Shown here one piece after another: positions 1-9,420 of a DNA stretch of 40,657 nt. The DNA is taken from positions 1 through 40,657 of the forward strand of contig JBGOFE010000049.1 in NCBI GenBank assembly GCA_041447035.1, written 5' to 3'. Each line of letters opens with the position of its first letter. The stretch's first letter is position 1. The position numbers and the translations under genes are program-made. The notes beneath the pieces were generated by a model. It searched no databases. It worked only from the letters and a program-made list of their open reading frames with translations, and was not told the origin of the DNA. This DNA comes from Candidatus Fervidibacter sp. Lineage in GTDB: Bacteria > Armatimonadota > Fervidibacteria > Fervidibacterales > Fervidibacteraceae.

Positions 1-2
1 CT

Positions 3-740
3 TCATGCCTTCGTCGCCTCCAGCAAGGCTTGTTTGGTCGTTTCAAAGGCAGAGAAAGTTCGGGCGTTCATCTCGTAAGTGCGCAAGGCGTTGAGAAGTC
101 GCACCAGTTCGGTGATGACCTGCACATTGCTGCCTTCCAACATGCCTTGAACGATGCGGGTGTTGGTCGGCTGCGGATTTGTCCCGATGTAATAGCCATC
201 GCCAGCGGGTTGAAGGTTTTGCACTGAGACAACGCGAAAGCGTCCGAGTCGCTGCGAGCCAGCAAAAATCTCGCCCGTTTCGGCAATGCGAAGGGAACTA
301 ACCGCAGCGTTTGACGGGATGCGGATGGGTTGATTGTTATCGCCCAGAACGGGAAAGCCTTCCGCTGTCACGAGCGTGCCGTCCCTTGCCAAAGCGAAGT
401 TGCCTTTTCGGGTGTAGCGGACACCTTGGGGCGTTTGGACGACGAACCAACCGTCGCCGTCCAAAGCGACATCCAACGGGTTTCCTGTCGGGCGCAAAGC
501 ACCCGAACGCATATCCAACCGTTGCTGCTCAACGGTCACGCCCAAAGGTAATTGAGCAGGGGGACGATTGTTCGTTCCGTTCATCGCCCAAAGGAAAGTT
601 TCGCCAAAGTTGCGGAAACTTAGGCGCATCGCCCGAAAGCCGGGCGAATTGGCATTGGCGAGGTTGTGGGCGATAGTGTCCAACTCACTCAACCGCGCCA
701 TCATCGCCGAAGCAGCATTGTAGAGCCCGACGCTCACCAC
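3..740 (-). CDS. flgF: Flagellar basal-body rod protein (FlgF/FlgG family, most likely FlgF)
   Basis: N-terminal AHNLANANSPGF and C-terminal LEGSNV rod/hook motifs; TGNPLDVALDGDGWF and YTRKGNF; 245 aa; GAGGTG RBS before GTG. Confidence 0.8.
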   Translation of the reverse strand: MVSVGLYNAASAMMARLSELDTIAHNLANANSPGFRAMRLSFRNFGETFLWAMNGTNNRPPAQLPLGVTVEQQRLDMRSGALRPTGNPLDVALDGDGWFVVQTPQGVRYTRKGNFALARDGTLVTAEGFPVLGDNNQPIRIPSNAAVSSLRIAETGEIFAGSQRLGRFRVVSVQNLQPAGDGYYIGTNPQPTNTRIVQGMLEGSNVQVITELVRLLNALRTYEMNARTFSAFETTKQALLEATKA

Positions 741-743
741 CGC

Positions 744-995
744 TCACCTCCGATCTGCCGTCCTACCTGCGGAAGTCGGATGCTTGCCGTTGTTTTGACC
801 CAGAAGGCGCTCCAATCGCTCGGCAGCAACCTCCAAGCGTTGGGTCGTTTCGTGGAGCGAAATGACGATGCTCCAAAGGGCTTCCAACGACTCATCGCTT
901 ATCGCTGGCTTGTGTAGCCAGCGCCAAGCGGCAAGAAGCACCAGCACTGTTGCGCCGATCAAAGTGAGCAGCGCAACACCGACTAAAGTCGTCAT
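744..995 (-). CDS. Small membrane protein, N-terminal TM helix plus coiled coil
   Basis: AAGGAGGTG RBS; hydrophobic N-terminus (VGVALLTLIGATVLVLLAAW) then heptad-like helix; fills the gap in the operon. Confidence 0.7.
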   Translation of the reverse strand: MTTLVGVALLTLIGATVLVLLAAWRWLHKPAISDESLEALWSIVISLHETTQRLEVAAERLERLLGQNNGKHPTSAGRTADRR

Positions 996-1027
996 CGTCC
1001 GTCACCTCCTTATCTGCCTTAACGGGT

Positions 1028-1231
1028 TTACGCCAAAGCATCCAAATGCCCGTCCCTTTTGGGTTCTTCTGTATCATCGGCTGGCAGTAAGGTTTGCGGC
1101 GATGGGGAGCGACGGGATGACGGTTGTCTTTCCTTGTTTGTCCTGCGCCGCTCCCTGCTTTGTTCCGTCCGATCCCATCGCGCTTCTGGGGCACGGATGT
1201 GCTCAATGCGTTGGTCGGCAATCATCGTCAC
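1028..1231 (-). CDS. Small charged hypothetical protein downstream of fliA
   Basis: GTG at 1231 overlaps the fliA TGA (GTGA coupling; alternative ATG 1225); R/E-rich, ends KRDGHLDALA. Confidence 0.55.
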   Translation of the reverse strand: MTMIADQRIEHIRAPEARWDRTEQSRERRRTNKERQPSSRRSPSPQTLLPADDTEEPKRDGHLDALA

Positions 1232-1962
1232 CACCCGGCGCGTTTGAGCGCCACGCGCAAGCGAGCCAACGCTTGCGCCTTGAGTTGACACACTCGCCCT
1301 TCCGTCAACTTCATGATTTGGGCGATTTCCTTCAGCGTCAGTTGCTCGTAGAAGTAGAGGGTGATGACCAACCGTTCCCGTTCGGGCAGTTGCTCAATGG
1401 CGTGGGTGAGGGTTTCCACCAACTCCTGACGGCGTTGCTCTTCGGCAAAAGTGGCATCGTCCATCCGTTCGGCTAAGGGCAAAATTTCTTCCAAGGGCAA
1501 GATGGTGACAGGGGCAGACTCCATGACGAACTGGGCATATTCGTCCTCGCTCATGTGCAACTCACTCGCCAACTCTTGTTCGCTGGGGGCATGACCGAGG
1601 CGTTGCTCCAGCGTTTCTATCGTGTCTTGAAGTTGCTTGGCTTTTTGGTAACTGGAGCGGGGCAACCAGCCCATTGTGCGCAATCCGTCCAAGATAGCAC
1701 CTTTGATGCGTTGCAGGGCGAAGGCTTCAAAAGGGACGCCTCGCTTTTCGTCAAAGCGCTCCATTGCCTCTAAAAGTCCGAGCAAGCCGTAACTGATCAA
1801 GTCGTCTTCTTCCACCGATGGTGGCAGCATCGGCTTGATGCGGGCGACGGTGCGCTTGACCAAGGGCAAATATGCCTGAACCAGTCGCTCTTGGCTTTGC
1901 TCGTCCCGATGGGTTTTATAAGCCCGCCAGCATTCCGCTAACTGCCGTTGCGTCATTGCCAT
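1228..1962 (-). CDS. fliA: Flagellar RNA polymerase sigma factor sigma28 (FliA/SigD/WhiG family)
   Basis: DDLISYGLLGLLEA, RIKGAILDGLR, region 4 LTLKEIAQIMKLTEGRVCQL; start moved to ATG 1962 behind a purine-rich RBS. Confidence 0.95.
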   Translation of the reverse strand: MAMTQRQLAECWRAYKTHRDEQSQERLVQAYLPLVKRTVARIKPMLPPSVEEDDLISYGLLGLLEAMERFDEKRGVPFEAFALQRIKGAILDGLRTMGWLPRSSYQKAKQLQDTIETLEQRLGHAPSEQELASELHMSEDEYAQFVMESAPVTILPLEEILPLAERMDDATFAEEQRRQELVETLTHAIEQLPERERLVITLYFYEQLTLKEIAQIMKLTEGRVCQLKAQALARLRVALKRAGW

Positions 1963-2008
1963 CCTTGTCCACCTTCCTTTCGCGTCCATCAAAGCGTCGG
2001 GTCGTAAG

Positions 2009-2042
2009 GGTAGGCAAGGCGTGAAGGAATGCCTTGCCTACC
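2009..2042. repeat. GTAG-headed 12-bp stem-loop between the brake gene and fliA
   Basis: GGTAGGCAAGGC-N10-GCCTTGCCTACC perfect inverted repeat overlapping the PilZ gene stop codon. Confidence 0.7.
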
Positions 2043-2715
2043 TTGGCAACAAGCCCAAACGAAGCAAACGGCGTTGAAAGGCAAAGCACCAAGCGATCAC
2101 GCGCTCCTGTTCTTTTCGCTCAATGTCCACGAAAGCGATGCCCATCCGCCAACCTTGCTCCTCTCGCCGTCTCCAAACGACTTCGCCCACCGCCTTCACT
2201 TGCAAGCCTTTCGGAAATTCCGCCTCGGCAGGGGGCAGGGTGATGGTCAGATGCAAGCGGCTATGCATGAGGATTGGCGGGGATGGCTCTTTGCCTTTCG
2301 CTTTCAGTCGGATGCCGACGCCACCTGCCCCGATGTCCACGCCCGTCGCTTCTACCTGCCATTGCCCTTCAGGGTCGGCGAGGGTGACGGTGTGCAAGAC
2401 TTGCAGGCGAAAGGTTTGGCGGCGTTGCAAGGGAACGATGGCTTTGGGGAATTGCAGTGTCACCGTCGGTTCAGGTTTCTCAGCGCTGGCAAGAACCATG
2501 CTTTCAAACTGATAGACGCGGGTAGAAGTTGCGATGAAACAGCAAACGCGAGTGCCTGGGGCAGGAAGTGGTCCTGCAAGGCGCAACCCTTGAGGGCAAA
2601 GCCCCAGTCGGTCAGTGGTGATCGTTTCCACGACAAAGACCTGCTGAACCAATTGGTCACCGCTGAGCATTTCCAAAGTCACCAAAGTGCCTCGTCGCAA
2701 CAATTCGTGATGCAT
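2038..2715 (-). CDS. c-di-GMP-binding flagellar brake protein (YcgR/MotI-like, C-terminal PilZ domain)
   Basis: QRRQTFR (RxxxR) and DIGAGG (DxSxxG-like) PilZ motifs; position after flhG; AAGGAGG upstream of ATG 2715. Confidence 0.85.
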   Translation of the reverse strand: MHHELLRRGTLVTLEMLSGDQLVQQVFVVETITTDRLGLCPQGLRLAGPLPAPGTRVCCFIATSTRVYQFESMVLASAEKPEPTVTLQFPKAIVPLQRRQTFRLQVLHTVTLADPEGQWQVEATGVDIGAGGVGIRLKAKGKEPSPPILMHSRLHLTITLPPAEAEFPKGLQVKAVGEVVWRRREEQGWRMGIAFVDIERKEQERVIAWCFAFQRRLLRLGLLPR

Positions 2716-2735
2716 CAAGTCAAGACCCTCCTTCG

Positions 2736-3617
2736 TCAAGGGGCGGGTGCTCCCATTAACAACCGCCAAAGGCGTTGCAGGAAGGACGGCGGTTGACTTT
2801 CGCTGCGTCCATCCTTTGGCAAGGAACTGGCGATAAGGTGAGCCAAGTGACGGATGGCTTTAGCCGTTGGGCAAGAGGGAGCAAGGCGCAAGAGGGGAAC
2901 TTGTTGCTTGATGGCTTCCGAAACCCAAAGGCTGTAGGGCACACATCCCAGCACTTGTGTCCTCAAGCCCAGAAAACGCTGGGCGGCAGAATGCAATCGC
3001 TCGCCTGCCTCTCCTTCAGCGGGGCTGTTGACCATGTTGACGAGGATGCGAATGGGGCGGTCAAAACCTTGACGGGCGAGGACTTTGAGCAAGCCATAAG
3101 CGTCCGTTAGGGCTGTCGGTTCGGGCGTCACGATGAGCAACAACTCATGCGCCGCTTGACAAACCGCTAATACATCGGGACCGATGCCCGCCGCTGCATC
3201 GGCGAGAAGAAGGGAGAACCTTCCCTCCACCGCCGTTAGACGGGCATGCAAAGTGGCGAAAGCATGACCGTCCAACCGAGCCAGTTCCATGATGCCCGAA
3301 GCCCCAGGCAATAGCCAAACCCTTTCATGGACTTGAAGCAGCACTTCATCCAATGCGGCAGTGCCAGCAAGAATGTCTCGCACCGTTTTTGGGGACGTCA
3401 GGTTCAGCAAGACATTGGCGTTGGCGAGGGAAAAATCAGCGTCCCAAAGCAAGACACGGTAACCCAAGTCACCCAACGCCAGCGACAGGTTGACCGCAAG
3501 GGTCGTTTTGCCGACGCCTCCTTTCCCGCTGGCAACAGCGATGGCATAAGTTGTCGCCATCGGCGTCACAGAAGGAGCGACAAAGAGTTCTCGCAACCGC
3601 ACCGCTTGGTCACGCAT
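2736..3617 (-). CDS. flhG: MinD-like ATPase FlhG (flagellar number regulator)
   Basis: N-terminal DQA motif, deviant Walker A SGKGGVGKT, VTPEPTALTDAY, C-terminal amphipathic helix FLQRLWRLL; follows flhF. Confidence 0.92.
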   Translation of the reverse strand: MRDQAVRLRELFVAPSVTPMATTYAIAVASGKGGVGKTTLAVNLSLALGDLGYRVLLWDADFSLANANVLLNLTSPKTVRDILAGTAALDEVLLQVHERVWLLPGASGIMELARLDGHAFATLHARLTAVEGRFSLLLADAAAGIGPDVLAVCQAAHELLLIVTPEPTALTDAYGLLKVLARQGFDRPIRILVNMVNSPAEGEAGERLHSAAQRFLGLRTQVLGCVPYSLWVSEAIKQQVPLLRLAPSCPTAKAIRHLAHLIASSLPKDGRSESQPPSFLQRLWRLLMGAPAP

Positions 3618-4860
3618 CGCCCGTCACCTCCGCCGAAGGGCGCCCCGACCGCAAGGGTGAAAGCACCCAAGAGGCTAATCGGTCAGGCGTCGGGATTTCT
3701 AAATCGTCGGGAACGCTTTGCCCGACAGTCAGGTAGGCAATGGGCAGATGGAGCCGATGGCTGAGGTTGACCATCACGCCCGGTTGGGTGGCTTCGTCCA
3801 GTTTGGTGATGATTAGGTGAGTCGGGCAAAAGAGGGAAAAGCGTTCGGCTGCCAAATTCAAATCGGAAGGGTTGCCATTGGCGGGCAAAGTCAAATGCAC
3901 CTCATCAGGGTTCATTGCCGCCACCAACTCCCACAACGCCGATAGTTGCTCATCGTGTTTGGGGCTACGCCCGATCGTGTCCACCAAAACAAGGTCGGCA
4001 ACCTTTTGGGCTTGTCGGATACATCGCTCCGCTTCTTCAGGGAGCGTGGCGACGAAAAAGGGCAGTCCCATCAAGCGGGCGTAAGTTTCCAGTTGCTGGA
4101 CAGCACCGATGCGGAAGACATCTACCGTCACGAGGGCAACACGGCGGCTACGGCGCATCCATTCGTTGGCGGCGATTTTAGCGACGGTCGTCGTCTTGCC
4201 CACTCCTGTCGGTCCGACGAGGACGGCAACTTTTGTCGTTGGGGCAATCCCATCGGCGACTTTCATGTGCACCCGCAAAATCTGATGGAGCCACTGATAA
4301 AGGTCTGCCTCTTGGGGAGGCGGAGCATCAAGGTGAAGGGCTTGCAATGTCTCCAAGTCCACGCCGCATTGCCAAAGGGCGCTGATGGCACTCATGTTGC
4401 TGAAAGCGCCCTCTTGCCGCCAAAGGACAGCGGTGAGCAATTGCAACTGCCGTTCCAAGGGCGAAGGAGCGACAGGCACTGATGGCTCCTCCCTTGACAC
4501 CTTGCGGGTTTGCCTCTTCGCTTTGGAACGGGACGAGGGACGCGGGGCGAGGGACGCAACAGAGGACTCCTCCGTTGCCGACGAAGTTTTTCGTTTCCGA
4601 ACCGATGGTGGAGTGGAAGGGGATGTCGCCTGCGGTGTCAATGGCGCTCCGTCTTGAGGTGTCGTCTCGGGCACCCATCGCTCTTTGTTTGATGGCGTGG
4701 ATAAAGCAACCCACACACGCACCATCGGCAACCGCCGTAACCACGCCCAAAGACCCTTGCGTTGTTGTGTGTGCAAGATGACGACATCTTCGCCCAATTC
4801 CCTTCGGACTCGCTCCATCACCTCAGGCACGGAATGCCCTTCAAAGCACCGCACGATCAC
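3610..4860 (-). CDS. flhF: SRP-type GTPase FlhF
   Basis: VRRELGEDVVIL N-domain, GPTGVGKTTT, DVFRIGA, DTIGR, TKLDE, GQSVPDD. Confidence 0.93.
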   Translation of the reverse strand: MIVRCFEGHSVPEVMERVRRELGEDVVILHTQQRKGLWAWLRRLPMVRVWVALSTPSNKERWVPETTPQDGAPLTPQATSPSTPPSVRKRKTSSATEESSVASLAPRPSSRSKAKRQTRKVSREEPSVPVAPSPLERQLQLLTAVLWRQEGAFSNMSAISALWQCGVDLETLQALHLDAPPPQEADLYQWLHQILRVHMKVADGIAPTTKVAVLVGPTGVGKTTTVAKIAANEWMRRSRRVALVTVDVFRIGAVQQLETYARLMGLPFFVATLPEEAERCIRQAQKVADLVLVDTIGRSPKHDEQLSALWELVAAMNPDEVHLTLPANGNPSDLNLAAERFSLFCPTHLIITKLDEATQPGVMVNLSHRLHLPIAYLTVGQSVPDDLEIPTPDRLASWVLSPLRSGRPSAEVTGDA

Positions 4861-6902
4861 GCCAAATCACCTCCCACGACCGCTTTGGTTTGCAACGCCA
4901 CTTTGGCGGCATTGATTTCCTCGTAACTGATCACCGTCAGTCGGGGGAAGAAGCGGGCAACGAGCCGGCGCAGGGGCAATCGCAATCGCATCCCGCAAAC
5001 CAAGACGGGTTGCCACCCTTCTGCTGCCACGCGTTCAGCGGCTTCTGCCAACTGTTCTAAAAACCGCTGCCATAGCGACGGGTCAGGCACAAGCACTTGC
5101 CCGCTGTCAGTCTCTTGAACGCTGCTCAAAAGACGCTGCTCTAAGGCAGGGTCAAGGACGATGGCGGGCAGCGTTCCATCGGTGGTCAAGAAGGGTTGAC
5201 AAATCAACCGTGCTAATCGGCGTCGCACTCGTTCCGTTAAGAAGTCGGGGTCTTTGCTGAGGCGGGCGGCATCCGCCAAGGCTTCCAAAATCGCCACCAT
5301 GTCTTTGATAGGAACACCCTCAGAAAGCAAGTTGCAAAGCACTTGATGGATTTCGCCCCGCGAGAGCAATTGGGGCGTCACCTCTTCCACGACGGCAGGA
5401 TGGGTTTGGCGCACTTGATCCAAAAGGGCTTGCACTTCCTGTCGGGACATGATGTCTGGTGCGTGGGTTTTCAACACCTCAGAAAGGTGGGTGATGATGA
5501 CCGTCTCGGCGTCCACGACGGTGTAACCGAGGCGTTCAGCGTCTCGCTTTTTGTCGGCGTCAATCCAAAAAGCAGGCAACCCAAAGGCAGGGTCTTTCGT
5601 GGCGATGCCGTCTAAGGATGGCAAGTTGGGCGAACCGATGGCGAGGAGTTTGTGAGGATGGCAATCGCCTTCCGCCACCTTCGCCCCTCGCACCTTGATG
5701 ACATAACGGTTGGGTGAAAGCAACAAGTTGTCCCGCACCCGAATGGGTGGGACGAGCAACCCTAATTCTTCCGCCAACTTTCGCCGCAAGTTGGTAACGC
5801 GCGCTAACAGTTTGCCCCCCTCCCCTTCCATCGCCATCGGCACCAAGGCAAACCCTAACTCCAACTCCACAGGGTCAACCCGCACATAAGCGGTGAAGTC
5901 TTGCGGTTGGGTCACCGTTTTCGGGGGCGGCGGTGACGGAACTGAGCGGTGCCTCTGAAGCCACCATGCCAAAGCCCCTAAAGCAGTGCCGAGAACGAAG
6001 AAAGGCACTTTGGGCAAACTGGGCAGCAAGCCCAAAAGCAAAGCGCAAGCGGCGGCAAAAAGGAGCGCATCAGGTTGCCCCTTTGCCTCTTTCGCCACCG
6101 TCGCGCTGAGGCTCTCTTCCGACGCCGCTTTGGTGACGATGAAGCCCGCTGCCGACGAGACGAGCAAAGCGGGGATTTGAATGAGCAAACCTTGCCCGAC
6201 GGTCAACAAGGCGTAAGTGCGCAACGCATCTTCCCAACTCTCGCCTCGCTGCCAGACGCCGATGAGCAATCCGCCCACAAAGCAGAGGACGGCAACCAAC
6301 AACGATGTGATGGCGTCACCCCGAACAAACCTGGAGGCACCGTCCATCGCTCCATAAAAGTCGGCTTCCAGTTCTAATCGGCGGCGGCGCTTGCGGGCTT
6401 CTTCCTCGCTGATCAATCCCGCCGACAAATCGGCGTCAATACTCATCTGCTTGCCCGGCAACGCATCCAAAGTGAAACGAGCCGCCACCTCGGCGATGCG
6501 ATTGGCGCCGCCCGTCACGACGGCGAACTGGACGATGACGAGCGTCAGGAACAACACGATGCCGACGAGGAAATTACCGCCCAACACCCATCCACCGACG
6601 GAAGCGACCAACTGCCCCGCCATCCCGCTCGTCAAAATCGCCCGCATCACAGCGACGGAAAGCGCCGTCCGAAAAAGGGCTGCGAAAAGCAGGACAGACG
6701 GGAACGACGAGAACTCCAAAGGCTCCTTGAGCATCAGGACGATGAAAAAGAGCGCCAACGAGCCGACGAAGTGCATCAGCAAAGCGAAATCCAAAAGGAG
6801 TGGCGGTAACGGCACCAACAACATCGCCAAGACCAGACCGACCGCCACCACTGTCCACAGTTCATTTTGCTTAAGTGCCAACGACCGTTGCGCCGATGCC
6901 AT
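4857..6902 (-). CDS. flhA: Flagellar export gate protein FlhA
   Basis: FHIPEP motif RIAEVAARFTLDALPGKQMSIDADL, FYGAMDGASRFVRGD; 681 aa; GGAGG RBS. Confidence 0.97.
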   Translation of the reverse strand: MASAQRSLALKQNELWTVVAVGLVLAMLLVPLPPLLLDFALLMHFVGSLALFFIVLMLKEPLEFSSFPSVLLFAALFRTALSVAVMRAILTSGMAGQLVASVGGWVLGGNFLVGIVLFLTLVIVQFAVVTGGANRIAEVAARFTLDALPGKQMSIDADLSAGLISEEEARKRRRRLELEADFYGAMDGASRFVRGDAITSLLVAVLCFVGGLLIGVWQRGESWEDALRTYALLTVGQGLLIQIPALLVSSAAGFIVTKAASEESLSATVAKEAKGQPDALLFAAACALLLGLLPSLPKVPFFVLGTALGALAWWLQRHRSVPSPPPPKTVTQPQDFTAYVRVDPVELELGFALVPMAMEGEGGKLLARVTNLRRKLAEELGLLVPPIRVRDNLLLSPNRYVIKVRGAKVAEGDCHPHKLLAIGSPNLPSLDGIATKDPAFGLPAFWIDADKKRDAERLGYTVVDAETVIITHLSEVLKTHAPDIMSRQEVQALLDQVRQTHPAVVEEVTPQLLSRGEIHQVLCNLLSEGVPIKDMVAILEALADAARLSKDPDFLTERVRRRLARLICQPFLTTDGTLPAIVLDPALEQRLLSSVQETDSGQVLVPDPSLWQRFLEQLAEAAERVAAEGWQPVLVCGMRLRLPLRRLVARFFPRLTVISYEEINAAKVALQTKAVVGGDLA

Positions 6903-6936
6903 CGCAAAAACCTCCTCGTTGGATGCCTCGCTGCTC

Positions 6937-7160
6937 AGTGGCTCAAGAGAGCCACTTGTTGAACCTTGCGCCCGTCGTGGCTAAGAGCCACTCCAACCGT
7001 TCCGCCGCCACTCCGTCGTGGCTGATAGCCACAAGGAAGAGCAACCTGACGCTCCTTCGTCTTTGCTGAAAAGCCGACGGCTTCATCCAACCCTCTGTCG
7101 GAGCGGCTATTAGCCGCTGCAACGAACAGCAGGTTATTCAAGGCGTGACTTTCCGAACAC
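6937..7160. mobile_element. MITE-like element copy 1 (left end missing) with REP-like palindromes
   Basis: Palindromes at 6937-6956, 6974-6997, 7015-7032 and 7097-7117; right end GACTTTCCGAACAC (7147-7160); collinear similarity with 24625-24844 and 31931-32134. Confidence 0.65.
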
Positions 7161-7164
7161 AATT

Positions 7165-7273
7165 TCCTGACCTGCCCATCTGACGACCTGCCAATCTTTT
7201 CCAACAACTGCCCATCTGCCGACCTGTCCATCGTTGCTGTCCACCGTCCCGTGCCCCATGTCCCTTGTCCCAT
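7165..7273. repeat. Composite 8-mer (CTGCCSAY) plus 7-mer (GTCCCNT) degenerate tandem repeat
   Basis: ctgcccat/ctgacgac/ctgccaat-cttttccaacaa-ctgcccat/ctgccgac/ctgtccat then gtcccgt/gccccat/gtccctt/gtcccat. Confidence 0.8.
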
Positions 7274-7293
7274 TCCGTTTCGTGGGCTTGATG

Positions 7294-8337
7294 TCATGCT
7301 TGCCCCAGCACCTCCTGCGTGCGTCCCGTGATTCGGAAGACATGAGCAAGGACTTCGGCGGCGGCTTGATACAATTCGGGCGGGATAAGGGCGCCGATGG
7401 GAACTTTCATCAGCGCTTGCGCCAAAGGGGCGTTGGGCATGATGGGAACGCCGTGCCTTTGCGCTTCTTGGACGATGCGTTGTGCTAGCCAGTCAGAACC
7501 TTTGGCGATGACCTGCGGGGCGGGCAACTCTTTCGGGTGGTAGCGCAAGGCAACGGCAAGGTGGGTTGGATTGGTGACGACGACCGTCGCTTCCCGCACC
7601 CGTTGGATTTGCCGATGCATCACCAGTTGACGATACTTGCGCCGAAGTCTTGCCTTCGTGTTCGGGTCGCCTTCCGTCTGTTTGAGTTCGTCCTTGACTT
7701 CCTGCCTTGTCATCCGAAGACTTTGCTCTACCCGCCACCATTGGACGGCGTAATCAATGACTGCCAGCAAAAGCAACGCCAATAAGCAGCGCCAAAGCAC
7801 TTGCCACGCCAAATCGCCAATTGCCACCATGCTTTGAGTAACCGAAAGGTTGGAAGCAGCGAGGATGGTGTCTATCCCTGCCCGCAGGGTGATGAAGCCG
7901 AGGTAACCGATGAGGGTGGCTTTCAAAAAAGTCCGAAGGGCATCCCACAACGCCATCGCCGAGAGCATCCGCCGAATGCCCGCTGCAGGGTTGACTTTTT
8001 GCCAGTCCCAACGCAATGGGTAAAGGGTGAACAAAAAGCGCGTTTGCAAGAGACCGACGAGCAAGGAAACTCCCATCAACCCAGCGATGAAAACGAGGAC
8101 AGGCAATAAGCATTTTCGCCAAAGGGGCATCCAGTCGCCATGCATCAACAGTGCCGAGAAAGCATCGCCCAAATTGCGAGACCAAGACGGCAATAACCAG
8201 CCCGCCACCATCGCCCCACTCAACAGGACAATCGTGCCCGTCAGTTCGGCGCTGCGGGCGACGATGCCCTGCTTTCGGGCATCTTCTCGCCGTTTTGGTG
8301 TCGGCGCTTCCGTCTTGTCCGACCAAAACATGTCCAT
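7294..8337 (-). CDS. flhB: Flagellar export substrate-switch protein FlhB
   Basis: KTEAPTPKRREDAR N-terminus, MTRQEVKDELKQTEGDP, autocleavage NPTH; start moved to 8337, overlapping the fliR stop. Confidence 0.95.
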   Translation of the reverse strand: MDMFWSDKTEAPTPKRREDARKQGIVARSAELTGTIVLLSGAMVAGWLLPSWSRNLGDAFSALLMHGDWMPLWRKCLLPVLVFIAGLMGVSLLVGLLQTRFLFTLYPLRWDWQKVNPAAGIRRMLSAMALWDALRTFLKATLIGYLGFITLRAGIDTILAASNLSVTQSMVAIGDLAWQVLWRCLLALLLLAVIDYAVQWWRVEQSLRMTRQEVKDELKQTEGDPNTKARLRRKYRQLVMHRQIQRVREATVVVTNPTHLAVALRYHPKELPAPQVIAKGSDWLAQRIVQEAQRHGVPIMPNAPLAQALMKVPIGALIPPELYQAAAEVLAHVFRITGRTQEVLGQA

Positions 8338-9122
8338 CACCGACCTGCCAAAGTCATAAGAAGGCTTGGGACAGAAGTCGTCAAGTGGATCAAGAGGCGT
8401 TCTGCAAGGTTCGGCATCGCTGTCAACGCTATTGCCGTGACGAACAAGCAGGCAAGGATGCGAGCGGGCATGCCCCAAAGCAGCACACCCAATTGCGGTG
8501 CTGCCCGTCCCATCAAACCCAACACCAAATCGGAAAGCAACACAATGCCCAAAGTCGGGACGATGAGGGGCAAAGCGAGGAAAAAGCCTCGTCCCAACAT
8601 CGCCCACCACATTTCACCCAATTGCGGTCGCAAGGCAAAGTCGCTGCCGACAGGCAGCCATCGGTAACTTTCGGTGACAGCCCGCAAAAGCAAGTGATGT
8701 CCACCGAGTTGGAAGAACGAGACGCCTGCTAAAAGCGTGGCGATGCGGGCGATGATGGCGACCCTCGTGCCCATGATTGGGTCAGCCAACGCCGCAAAGC
8801 CAAAACCCACCTGCCAATCCGCCAACTCGCCAACCCACTCCCACAACCAAACAAAAGACGCAAAGACCATTCCGATGAGCATGCCGATAACCGTCTCTCT
8901 CACGAGCACAATGAGCAACAAGACAGGTGCATCGGTTGTCACGGGTGGGACGAAAGGCAAGCCCGCTAACGCCGCACCGAAGGCGACGACGGCACGACAA
9001 ACACTCGGAACTTGCGGCACTGACAGGGCAGGCATCAATGCCAACGCCCCACCAAAGCGCGCTGTTGCCATCAACCATCGCACCCATTCCGTCAGCCAAA
9101 CTTCCGTCGGCACCGCCATCAT
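8337..9122 (-). CDS. fliR: Flagellar export protein FliR
   Basis: Highly hydrophobic 261 aa; GELADWQVGFGFA and LMGRAAPQL motifs; between fliQ and flhB. Confidence 0.92.
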   Translation of the reverse strand: MMAVPTEVWLTEWVRWLMATARFGGALALMPALSVPQVPSVCRAVVAFGAALAGLPFVPPVTTDAPVLLLIVLVRETVIGMLIGMVFASFVWLWEWVGELADWQVGFGFAALADPIMGTRVAIIARIATLLAGVSFFQLGGHHLLLRAVTESYRWLPVGSDFALRPQLGEMWWAMLGRGFFLALPLIVPTLGIVLLSDLVLGLMGRAAPQLGVLLWGMPARILACLFVTAIALTAMPNLAERLLIHLTTSVPSLLMTLAGR

Positions 9123-9397
9123 CGGACACCTGCCGCAATTTGCGGGATGAGCGAGAGCATCTTTGCCATAAACTCCGTCGCCAGCGACAAACCGAGGGCG
9201 CCCAAAAGCAACGCAATCGCCAGCACCGTCAGCACCTTCGGGACGAAGGTGAGGGTGAACTCCTGAATGCCTGTTGCCGCCTGCAAAATGCCGATGACCA
9301 AACCGACGAGGAGCACCGCCAAGAGCGGCGGCAACGCCAAAGTCAACCCGACCATCATCGCCTGTCGCATCAAGTCAACCGCCATCGTCGCCGTCAT
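9119..9397 (-). CDS. fliQ: Flagellar export protein FliQ
   Basis: LVIGILQAATGIQEFTLTFVPK signature; AGGAGG RBS. Confidence 0.95.
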   Translation of the reverse strand: MTATMAVDLMRQAMMVGLTLALPPLLAVLLVGLVIGILQAATGIQEFTLTFVPKVLTVLAIALLLGALGLSLATEFMAKMLSLIPQIAAGVR

Positions 9398-9420
9398 CGC
9401 TGTTCACCTCCTTGACAACA

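Noticed and set aside
6937-7273. Possible CRISPR array from the recurring palindromic repeats
   Set aside because: Repeats are degenerate, irregularly spaced and in both orientations, with no equal-length unique spacers and no cas genes.
6935-7349. ORFs 6935-7297 and 7134-7349 in the flhB-flhA gap
   Set aside because: They are translations of the repeat and MITE DNA, with no recognisable protein features.
7294-8610. N-terminally extended ORF calls for flhB, fliL (12621), fliN (11024), fliI (20068), flgB (24497), the FlgN-like gene (36077) and the hydrolase (35980)
   Set aside because: The extensions overlap neighbouring genes or promoters; downstream starts fit the RBS and gene-coupling pattern and match family N-termini.
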